From Aeropyrum pernix K1 (GTDB taxonomy: Archaea; Thermoproteota; Thermoprotei_A; Sulfolobales; Acidilobaceae), in the NCBI RefSeq assembly GCF_000011125.1, contig NC_000854.2, forward strand, positions 900,001 through 932,000: 32,000 bases of DNA, written 5' to 3'. Positions 25,901-32,000 of the stretch are shown here, piece by piece. The notes beneath the pieces were generated by a model. It had not been told where the DNA came from, made no database searches, and saw only the letters and a program-made list of their open reading frames with translations. The position numbers and the translations under genes were made by a program. The stretch's first letter is position 1, and each line of letters begins with the position of its first letter.

Positions 25901-26479
25901 CTACCCCAACTCCCTCTTGAGCCTCTCTATCCCCTCTTTCGTCAGAAGGTTCACTAGCTCGGTTCTGTGCCTTGTTTCATCCCTTAGGAGGTCCTCCGCT
26001 AGCTCCTCTGTCGCAGGGTCTGTGCCGTGAGTGAGGTCGAAGAGTTCCTTGTACGCTTTAATGGCGCATATCTCGGCTTTGACAGCGGCTATTATGAAAC
26101 CGTCGACGTCATACGGGTCCTCCGGGAGAGGCGGGTACTTGCAGCCCGATATCTCGTAGAGCTTTGCGAAATCCCTGGGAGGATCCACGTCGAAGTCTTG
26201 CAGCCTCTCCGCTATCATCTTGGCGTGCTTGCCAATCTCCTCTTCAGCTTCCTTCATAAATATCTCCGATATAGTCTCTGCGTGAGGACCCTTCACCGCT
26301 AGGGCTGTGTACATGTAATAGTAGCCTGCCACCCATTCGTCGGCGAAAGCAGATAGGAGCCTCTTAATAATCTCGTCCTTCTTCGCCCCAGGCGAGAGCT
26401 CGACTCCAAACCAGCCGTCCATGAAAGTCCACCATGTATAGAGGAGGAGTGAGGGGTTGTTATCCAAGTCATAGGCCAA
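25901..26479 (-). CDS. DPS-like (DPSL) ferritin-superfamily di-iron protein
   Basis: It has Glu/His-rich helices (EAEEEIGKH, LRDETRH), WVAGYYYMY, and a Cys pair (ISGCKYPPLPEDP, KAEICAIKAYKE). From memory this resembles the Sulfolobus DPSL. The listed start is a TTG at 26479, only 7 nt from a TATA-like box. The in-frame ATG at 26422 (MDGWFG...) is an alternative. Confidence 0.7.
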   Translation of the reverse strand: MAYDLDNNPSLLLYTWWTFMDGWFGVELSPGAKKDEIIKRLLSAFADEWVAGYYYMYTALAVKGPHAETISEIFMKEAEEEIGKHAKMIAERLQDFDVDPPRDFAKLYEISGCKYPPLPEDPYDVDGFIIAAVKAEICAIKAYKELFDLTHGTDPATEELAEDLLRDETRHRTELVNLLTKEGIERLKRELG

Positions 26480-26485
26480 AGTATT

Positions 26486-26493
26486 TGTTTATA
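26486..26493 (-). promoter_or_regulatory. TATA-like box upstream of the DPS-like gene
   Basis: The minus strand reads TATAAACA within CACTATAAACAAATAC, in the 57-nt merA/DPSL spacer. Confidence 0.35.
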
Positions 26494-26536
26494 GTGGAGG
26501 GCTGTAGGCCCACCTCGGGGATAGATCAAGAGCTGG

Positions 26537-27922
26537 TTATAGGAGGCAGCAGGGCATCTTGGAGACGTCCCTGTAGAATGCCAGTGCAGCGTATTTTATC
26601 CCCTCGGATATGGATGGGAAGATGTGTATTGTGTCTATAACGTCGTCTACCGTCATACCAGCCTTCAGTATGAAGGCGGCCTCGTGTATGGCTTCGGCTG
26701 CTTGAGGCGCCATCATATGAACCCCGGCTACCTTCTTCGTCCTAGGGTCTACAACCATCTTGACGAATCCCGTCTCATAACCCATTATCCTGGCCCTGGG
26801 TATCTGTGTTATATCCACTGTCCTACAGGCGCATACTCCAAGCTTTCTTGCGAGCTCCCTCTCCGTCAACCCTACGCTGGCGAACTCCGGATCGGTGAAC
26901 ACCGCTCTAGGTATAACTGTGTAGTCCATCTCAACGTTGCCTCCAAGAGCGTTGAGGGCTGCCACGTAACCCTCCCTGGCAGCAACTGGCTCGAGCTGGA
27001 TCCCTCCAATACAGTCACCTGCGGCGTAGACGCCCGGAGATGCCATCAGCTTCTCGTTAACTACTATAAAGCCGTCGCTACTGACCCTGACACCCACGTT
27101 CTCGAGGCCGAGACCGTCTAAAACCGGCTTCCTACCAGTAGCCAGGTAGATATAGCTCGCCTCTACGGAGGCGGGCCCCTGGGGGGTTTCGTAATCTATC
27201 CTCACAGCCCCCCTAACGCTCTCAACCCTCAGTGGCCTTGCAGAGGTCCTCACTTCGACACCATCACCTTCAAGGACCCTCTTCATGTAGACTCCCGCCT
27301 CCGGCTCGTCTCTTGGCAGGAGTCTGCCGCTCCTCTGGAGTAGAACAGTCTTGAGGCCGCTACGGGCGAATATCTGGGCGGCTTCGACACCCTGTGCCCT
27401 CCCGCCTATCACAGCCACACTCTCCATGTCGGGGGGAGGCCCCTCTCCAAAAAGCCTCTCGTTATCCAGGATCCTGCCAGCCTTCTCAGCCTCCTTGAGG
27501 CCTGGTATGGGGGGTCTCCAGGTCCTGGCGCCTACCGCGATTATAGCAGCCTTCCTGTACCTGACCTCCCGTCCGTCAGCCTCAACAATCCCTGGAGCCT
27601 TGAACCTAGCCCTCCCCCTGAGATAGTCCACTCCCAGGCTGTCTAGGAGCGACTCGTACTTCTCTTTACGTAGTGTCTCCGAGACCTTCCTAGCACCCTC
27701 AAGGGCCTCCGAGAGGCTTATCTTCAACCCTGCCTTACGGGCTGTTGAGAGGTTGTAGAGGACGTGCTTTGAGGGTACACACCCGAAGTTCACGCAGGTG
27801 CCGCCTAAGGGTCCCTCGCTTACCAGTAACACGCTGGCGCCTCCTTCGGCCGCCGCTACAACTGCTGAGAAGCCTGCAGCACCACCCCCTATAACGATTA
27901 TGTCGTATTCGCTTCGTAACAC
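26537..27922 (-). CDS. merA: Class I pyridine nucleotide-disulfide oxidoreductase, MerA-like (core mercuric reductase without an NmerA domain)
   Basis: It has the FAD motif IIVIGGGAAG and the redox disulfide GGTCVNFGCVPSK. Its C-terminus, FPSISEGIKYAALAFYRDVSKMPCCLL, carries a vicinal Cys pair like MerA (..DVKQLSCCAG in Tn501, from memory). In the HPxxxE-equivalent segment, Phe replaces the lipoamide-dehydrogenase catalytic His. It has a GTG start. Confidence 0.7.
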   Translation of the reverse strand: MLRSEYDIIVIGGGAAGFSAVVAAAEGGASVLLVSEGPLGGTCVNFGCVPSKHVLYNLSTARKAGLKISLSEALEGARKVSETLRKEKYESLLDSLGVDYLRGRARFKAPGIVEADGREVRYRKAAIIAVGARTWRPPIPGLKEAEKAGRILDNERLFGEGPPPDMESVAVIGGRAQGVEAAQIFARSGLKTVLLQRSGRLLPRDEPEAGVYMKRVLEGDGVEVRTSARPLRVESVRGAVRIDYETPQGPASVEASYIYLATGRKPVLDGLGLENVGVRVSSDGFIVVNEKLMASPGVYAAGDCIGGIQLEPVAAREGYVAALNALGGNVEMDYTVIPRAVFTDPEFASVGLTERELARKLGVCACRTVDITQIPRARIMGYETGFVKMVVDPRTKKVAGVHMMAPQAAEAIHEAAFILKAGMTVDDVIDTIHIFPSISEGIKYAALAFYRDVSKMPCCLL

Positions 27923-27999
27923 CTAAGCCACCATACTGTAGATTAAGAAGCCGTACAGATATGCTGGTAGGCGTTATGAGGCCCTTTGACCCTGTAATT

Positions 28000-28016
28000 G
28001 GCTTGGTAATCAAGCC
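28000..28016. promoter_or_regulatory. Palindrome GGCTTG-GTAAT-CAAGCC in the lysM/merA spacer
   Basis: It has perfect 6-bp arms and a 5-nt spacer. It lies 61 nt downstream of the lysM stop and 78 nt upstream of the merA GTG. It could be an RNA hairpin after lysM or an operator for merA. Confidence 0.3.
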
Positions 28017-28077
28017 TCCAACTATTTACTGAAGACATACATGAACCCTATGAAGTGTTGCCAGCATGGTAACATGT

Positions 28078-28503
28078 TTAATGCTCTCTCAGAACTATCA
28101 TCGTATAGGTGCTGTGGACACCCTCTATACCCCTTATATAGTCTATCAACCTGTTAATGTCCTCTATATCCTGCGCCGTCGCTATGGCTATGATGTCGTA
28201 GTCGCCAGTAACCTCCATGACCTTCTCAACATGCATGTAGGCAGCAATCCTCTCTGCAACCTGGGGGACAGGTTTCGCGTTGTTAGTCCTCACAAGTATA
28301 ACCGCCGTGAAGCTCCCGGGGATTCTGTATTCGAGAGTGAACCTCCTAACCACACCCAATCGAACTAGTCTTTTGATGCGCTTCCTAACTGCAGACTCTG
28401 TTATCCCCAGCTCTCTCGCTATGTAGCTGTAGCTAGCTCTTGAGTTCCTCTTGAGTATGGATAGGAGCTTGAGGTCCTTCTCGTCCAGCCCCCGGCCCCT
28501 CAA
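28078..28503 (-). CDS. lysM: Lrp/AsnC-family transcription regulator; the lysM position of a lysYZM operon
   Basis: It has an N-terminal wHTH (LDEKDLKLLSILKRNSRASYSYIARELGITESAVRKRIKRL) and a C-terminal RAM domain. Its TTG start overlaps the lysZ stop as TTGA. The arrangement matches the Sulfolobus lysYZM/lysWXJK cluster (Brinkman et al. 2002). Confidence 0.75.
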   Translation of the reverse strand: MRGRGLDEKDLKLLSILKRNSRASYSYIARELGITESAVRKRIKRLVRLGVVRRFTLEYRIPGSFTAVILVRTNNAKPVPQVAERIAAYMHVEKVMEVTGDYDIIAIATAQDIEDINRLIDYIRGIEGVHSTYTMIVLREH

Positions 28504-29369
28504 CTTCTAGTCACCAGCGTACCCTTCTCCCCGTTAATCAGGCTTTGGATAGGCGGGTCCCCTATAGCCGCGTAGGGTGATCCTTCGGACACGGCCTTGG
28601 CCGCCATAAGTATCTTCCTGTTCATGCCAACACCCGCCTTGGCAGCAATCTCCCTCGCTTCGCTCACCCTGATCCTATCAACCACTCTTCCATCCAAAAT
28701 CACGCCCGGCACATCCGTTACTAGGGCTAGCGGAGCCTTGAGAGCCGCGGAGAGGGATGCTGCCATCTGGTCGCCGTCAACGTTTAGAGCTACCACCCTA
28801 TCGCCTTCGCGGCCGTATGCTACCGGGGAATATAGGATAACGTCTACCTGCTGCAGCATCGACCCTACGAACATGCTGTCAACCCTCTCAATCTTTCCTG
28901 TGTAGCCTCCAGGGATTGCCTGCGGCCTACCCCTCTCGTTTACTATGACTATCCTCTCCCTCCTCCTAGCCTCTACCGAGAGGCCGTCGAGGCCTGTGAG
29001 GCTTAGAACCTTGAGGCCGCGGGAGGCCAGCTCTGATGATATGCTTGTTGCCAGAAGCCCGGCCATAACCATTACATAAACCTCCAGCTCCTCCCAGCTC
29101 GTGTAACGACTCCTGACTCCAGAGGGGTGGAGGACATAGCGGGGCTCCACGCCCATCCTTCTCGAATACTCGTCAACAACCTTTCCCCCACCATGTACAA
29201 CGACTAGCCTCAAACCCTCTCGAGCTAGGACGGCTATTTCGTCAGCAACCCTCTCGAGCCTGGAGGCTATAGAGCCCCCTATCTTAACAACGGCAACTCC
29301 ATATCTAGCCAAAGCTCTGCGCCCCCCGTAAGCTAAGGTCTCAGGGGAGGACTCCTCAGCCCCTCCCAC
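28500..29369 (-). CDS. lysZ: LysW-aminoadipate / LysW-glutamate kinase (amino-acid kinase family)
   Basis: It has the motifs VVKIGGS and VVHGGG and sits between lysY and lysM. The listed start overlaps lysY by 37 nt. A TTG at 29312 (MARYGVAVVKIGG...) would remove that overlap. Confidence 0.85.
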   Translation of the reverse strand: MGGAEESSPETLAYGGRRALARYGVAVVKIGGSIASRLERVADEIAVLAREGLRLVVVHGGGKVVDEYSRRMGVEPRYVLHPSGVRSRYTSWEELEVYVMVMAGLLATSISSELASRGLKVLSLTGLDGLSVEARRRERIVIVNERGRPQAIPGGYTGKIERVDSMFVGSMLQQVDVILYSPVAYGREGDRVVALNVDGDQMAASLSAALKAPLALVTDVPGVILDGRVVDRIRVSEAREIAAKAGVGMNRKILMAAKAVSEGSPYAAIGDPPIQSLINGEKGTLVTRS

Positions 29370-30400
29370 TCGTCAAATCCTAGCATTGCATTCATAGCAT
29401 AGACTGCCTGCCCCGCAGCGCCTCTAACGAGGTTGTCTATTGCGGCGAACCCCGTTATCCTTCCAGACTCCTCCTCTACTGCGAACCCTACCTCCGCAAA
29501 CATACTACCTATCACATTCTTCACATCAGGAGGGTCGACTGGCAGCCCCGGAGCCATGGGCTTGACTCTCACTATTTGAGAGTCCTTGTAGAATGATGCA
29601 TAAGCCCTCACCGCCTCCGAGAAACCGATATTATCCCGGAGCAGGGCGTGGGCGCTTGCTAGGACGCCCCTCGTCATTGATACAGCGTGCGGCACGAGGC
29701 TCAACCGTATGCCGCGTCCTACCAGGTCCCTGAGAACCTGGACAGCCTCGGCCGCGTGCCTGTGCCCCCAGGGGGTGTAGGGTCTTGCAGAACCCTCTCG
29801 TAGGGGGTGGATGCTGTGGCGGCTGGGCTTGGAGCCGGCCTCGCTGCTCGCCGCCTTAACGTCGACTATAATGCCTACATCCATGTCTATAATCTTGGAG
29901 GCGACTAGGGGTGCGGCTGCTAATATGGCCGCAGTTGCATTACATCCTGGCACTGCCGCTAGCCTAGCACCCCTGAGCTTCTCGCCATAGATCTCTGGAA
30001 GAGCGTATATAGCCTCCTCAAGAAGATCGGGCCTGGGATGCTTGAACCCGTATAGCTTGGGATATAGCGATTGATCCCTTAGCCTATAGTCGGCGCTCAG
30101 ATCCACAACCCTAACACCATTTTCGTAGGCCTCTGCAACAATACTGGCGCCAACGCCGTGAGGGAGAGCGTTAAAAACAACATCGACCTCTCCAATGTCA
30201 ATCTTATCAATAGAGGTATACTTAAGGCCAGTGTAGAAGCCCCGCAGGTGAGGGTGAGCTGTGTGGACAGGCTTTCCAGCATACTCCCTGCTCGTCGCCC
30301 ACTCCACCTCTACGCCGGGGTGGGAAGCAAGTATCCTGAGGAGTTCACCACCAGTCATGCCAGAGGCTCCTAGTATGCCAGCGCGAACCGCACGAGCCAT
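29333..30400 (-). CDS. lysY: LysW-aminoadipyl/glutamyl-phosphate reductase (ArgC family)
   Basis: It has the NAD motif ILGASGMTGGELLRIL and the active-site Cys in VPGCNATA. It is 355 aa with an ATG start. Confidence 0.88.
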   Translation of the reverse strand: MARAVRAGILGASGMTGGELLRILASHPGVEVEWATSREYAGKPVHTAHPHLRGFYTGLKYTSIDKIDIGEVDVVFNALPHGVGASIVAEAYENGVRVVDLSADYRLRDQSLYPKLYGFKHPRPDLLEEAIYALPEIYGEKLRGARLAAVPGCNATAAILAAAPLVASKIIDMDVGIIVDVKAASSEAGSKPSRHSIHPLREGSARPYTPWGHRHAAEAVQVLRDLVGRGIRLSLVPHAVSMTRGVLASAHALLRDNIGFSEAVRAYASFYKDSQIVRVKPMAPGLPVDPPDVKNVIGSMFAEVGFAVEEESGRITGFAAIDNLVRGAAGQAVYAMNAMLGFDEWEGLRSPPLRP

Positions 30401-30414
30401 ACATATGTACCCCA

Positions 30415-30433
30415 GGTTTAGTGATACTAAACC
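30415..30433. promoter_or_regulatory. 19-bp palindrome GGTTTAGT-GAT-ACTAAACC; candidate LysM operator
   Basis: It has perfect 8-bp arms and a 3-nt spacer. It lies 1 nt from the TATA-like element and 15-33 nt upstream of the lysY ATG. Confidence 0.5.
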
Positions 30434-30434
30434 T

Positions 30435-30444
30435 CTTTTTATAG
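30435..30444. promoter_or_regulatory. Strong TATA-like element CTTTTTATAG in the lysY/lysW divergent spacer
   Basis: It is the only strong AT-rich octamer in the 164-nt spacer. It is centred 40 nt from the lysY ATG (minus strand) and 125 nt from the lysW ATG (plus strand). Its orientation cannot be decided by eye. Confidence 0.45.
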
Positions 30445-30468
30445 CATCCGCACCATGAGATACTCGAA

Positions 30469-30485
30469 GGTTCGAAATAGGAACC
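30469..30485. promoter_or_regulatory. 17-bp palindrome GGTTC-GAAATAG-GAACC; second candidate LysM site
   Basis: It has perfect 5-bp arms and shares the GGTT...AACC ends with the first palindrome. It lies about 80 nt upstream of the lysW ATG. Confidence 0.4.
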
Positions 30486-30564
30486 GTATTACTCCATGGG
30501 CCGGGATAGAAGGCTTAACAGGAGGGTGCTGGCAACACTGGTCTAGCCTGTGGAGGTGAAGGCC

Positions 30565-30735
30565 ATGGCTACCGTGAAGTGCCCAGTGTGTGGTCTTGAT
30601 GTTGAGGTTCCAGAGGATGTTGTTAGTGGAGAGCTGGTTGAACATGACTGCGGCGTCGTGCTGGAGATCGTGGAGAGCGGTGGAAGGCTCGCCTTAAGAG
30701 TCTTCGGCGGTGTTGAGGAGGACTGGGGAGAGTGA
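30565..30735 (+). CDS. lysW: Amino-group carrier protein LysW
   Basis: It is 56 aa with a zinc ribbon (CPVCG...HDCG) and the C-terminal EDWGE tail used for substrate attachment. A perfect GGAGGTGA (30552-30559) lies 5 nt upstream of the ATG at 30565. The ORF-track GTG at 30550 is probably not the start. Confidence 0.9.
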   Translation: MATVKCPVCGLDVEVPEDVVSGELVEHDCGVVLEIVESGGRLALRVFGGVEEDWGE

Positions 30736-31592
30736 GCCTCACCGCGTCAATACTCTTTTTATACGATATTGCAAGGCTCGACGAGAAGATGCTTCTCGAG
30801 GAGTTGCGGAAGAGAGCCAGAGTAAGGGTTATCCACACGGCAGCCAGAGCCCTGCCACTGGGAGAGCCTCCGAGGGAAGCCGAGGAAGCCGATCTGGCAG
30901 TGGCCCGCGGGGTCAGCGGTAGGAGGCTCCTCTACAGCGCGCTGGCCGCCGAGAGCTGGGGGTTGGAGACGGTAAACAGCAGCCATGCAATAATGGCGTC
31001 GCAAGATAAGGTGTGGAGTCACATGCTACTGTCCAGGCGGGGAGTACCCACTCCACGCTCTTACACCATCCTAGACCCCCAAGCCGTCCCCTATGCTGCG
31101 GAGGCCATAGGGTTCCCCGCGGTATTCAAGCCTGCCCGAGGAAGCTGGGGCAAGCTTGTTTCCCTCCTTAGGGATAAAAGCGAGGCTTCACTCCTCTCCG
31201 AAGCCCTCGAGTATGTTCAGGGGGATTTGAAGCTTGGGCTAGTGCAGGAGTATGTTGACAAGCCGGGGAGGGATATCAGGTCCTTCTGCATAGGCGACAC
31301 TGTGCCAGCAGCGATTTACAGGTATGGCAGCGGCTTTGCTACAAACTTGGCCGCCGGAGGTAGAGCAGCCCCTGCCCCCGTCACAGGGGATGTGGAGGAC
31401 CTAACCCTGAGAGCTTGTGAGGCGTTGGGCGTCGAGGTAGGCGGGGTTGACATAGTAGAGTCCACCCGCGACGGTGGTCTCCTCGTTCTGGAGGTTAACC
31501 CATCCACAGAGTTCAAGAACACGGTGAGGGTGACAGGGGTCAACGTTGCAGCGCTCATAGCGGATTACGTAGTGTCTAGGGTTAGGCGCTAG
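30732..31592 (+). CDS. lysX: RimK-type ATP-grasp ligase, LysX (alpha-aminoadipate--LysW ligase family)
   Basis: It has the ATP-grasp fold and an N-terminus ILFLYDIARLDEKMLLEEL typical of LysX/ArgX. Its GTG start overlaps the lysW stop as GTGA. Confidence 0.85.
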   Translation: MSLTASILFLYDIARLDEKMLLEELRKRARVRVIHTAARALPLGEPPREAEEADLAVARGVSGRRLLYSALAAESWGLETVNSSHAIMASQDKVWSHMLLSRRGVPTPRSYTILDPQAVPYAAEAIGFPAVFKPARGSWGKLVSLLRDKSEASLLSEALEYVQGDLKLGLVQEYVDKPGRDIRSFCIGDTVPAAIYRYGSGFATNLAAGGRAAPAPVTGDVEDLTLRACEALGVEVGGVDIVESTRDGGLLVLEVNPSTEFKNTVRVTGVNVAALIADYVVSRVRR

Positions 31593-31615
31593 CTTGTCTC
31601 CACCTCTCGGGGGTT

Positions 31616-32000
31616 GTGAATGTGGTGCTCAAGTTTGTGAGGTTCTACGGCTACAGGGGCCTCAGGATAGTTAAGGGTAGCATGCAGTATGTATGGGACG
31701 ATTCGGGTAGGAAGTATCTCGACTGCCATGCTGGCCATGGAGCAGCGTTTCTTGGCCACTCCAACCCCGCTATCGTAGAGGCGGTAGTGAGGCAGGCTCG
31801 AGAGCTGGTGGCAGCGTCTTCAAGCTTCTCAACACCCAGTCTTGAAGAGGCTCTGACGGAGTTCTCACGCATAGCACCCCCATGGGCGGAGGAGATAGTG
31901 TTCCTAAACACCGGCACAGAGGCTGTCGAGGCTGCCTTGAAGGCTGCATGGCTAGCCACAGGCAAGCGGGGGATTGTCGCCCTCAAGAACTCCTTCCACG
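31616..32000 (+). CDS. lysJ: Class III aminotransferase (LysJ/ArgD type), N-terminal part; runs off the right edge of the window
   Basis: It is not in the ORF track. My translation from the GTG at 31616 gives VNVVLKFVRFYGYRGLRIVKGSMQYVWDDSGRKYLDCHAGHGAAFLGHSNPAIVEAV...FLNTGTEAVEAALK, which is typical of acetylornithine/LysW-lysine aminotransferases. The start could also be a GTG at 31622 or 31625. Confidence 0.85.
   Translation, partial: MNVVLKFVRFYGYRGLRIVKGSMQYVWDDSGRKYLDCHAGHGAAFLGHSNPAIVEAVVRQARELVAASSSFSTPSLEEALTEFSRIAPPWAEEIVFLNTGTEAVEAALKAAWLATGKRGIVALKNSFH

Noticed and set aside
26299-26529. A 76-aa ORF with an ATG start that overlaps the 5' part of the DPS-like gene.
   Set aside because: It is out of frame with the ferritin-like protein, whose helices and Cys pair are recognisable. 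The product has no features and spans the promoter-like spacer.
30455-30559. A 34-codon upstream ORF (MRYSKVRNRNRITPW...), Arg-rich, that ends 5 nt before the lysW ATG. I considered it as a possible leader peptide for Arg/Lys control.
   Set aside because: Its ATG lies only about 15 nt downstream of the sole TATA-like element. The predicted TSS (about 30466) would therefore exclude the ATG. It has no SD, only one Lys codon, and leader-peptide attenuation is not an established archaeal mechanism.
31651-31986. A 111-aa minus-strand ORF at the right edge of the window.
   Set aside because: It is antisense to the clear class III aminotransferase (lysJ) reading frame that continues the lysW-lysX operon, and its composition is Ala/Ser/Arg-rich.
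1-32000. I looked for tRNA or rRNA genes, CRISPR repeats, integrase or transposase genes, terminal inverted repeats, and toxin-antitoxin or defence-type gene pairs.
   Set aside because: I found none. All intergenic gaps are 330 nt or shorter. None folds into a cloverleaf by eye, there are no regularly spaced repeats, and every sizeable ORF has a housekeeping, metabolic or stress assignment apart from the two unknowns reported above.

Overview
This looks like a core chromosomal region of a GC-rich crenarchaeon, probably Aeropyrum. I base that on gene content, the frequent ATA/AGG/CTC codons, and a short XPF that matches my memory of the A. pernix protein. All calls come from reading motifs and gene context; no searches were run.

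Positions 1-22735 form one unbroken minus-strand gene string:
- an 11-subunit complex-I-like nuo operon in the order A-B-C-D-H-I-J-K-M-L-N, with no E/F/G
- aEF-2, short XPF, a DHH/DHHA1 phosphoesterase, and a small ORF with an RGG tail
- prefoldin beta, Pcc1, an MscS channel, an uncharacterised 239-aa protein, and a Brix protein
- L37Ae, exosome Rrp42/Rrp41/Rrp4, proteasome alpha, RNase P Rpp30, a DUF54-type protein, and L15e

Positions 23066-27922 hold a metal and oxidative-stress trio: a Cu-type P1B ATPase (+), a DPS-like ferritin (-), and a core MerA-like reductase (-).

Positions 28078-32000 hold the LysW-carrier lysine/arginine cluster. It has the Sulfolobus-like divergent layout, lysY-lysZ-lysM (-) facing lysW-lysX-lysJ (+, cut by the window edge).

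I found no rRNA, tRNA, CRISPR array, integrase or transposase. I also see no convincing novel multi-gene system such as a defence island; the window is mostly housekeeping.

The items most worth a second look are:
1. The unknown 239-aa protein, which is translationally coupled to MscS and sits inside the exosome superoperon, at the window centre.
2. An 85-nt GC-clamped nested inverted repeat between Rpp30 and psmA. On the plus strand it has a K-turn / box C/D-like layout.
3. Two GGTT-N9/11-AACC palindromes flanking a single TATA element in the lys divergent promoter.
4. An orphan copA / DPS-like / merA neighbourhood with no visible regulator or chaperone genes, plus a degenerate second HMA domain in CopA.

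Many genes start with GTG or TTG and overlap their neighbour by 4 nt. Several start positions in the ORF track are probably too far upstream.
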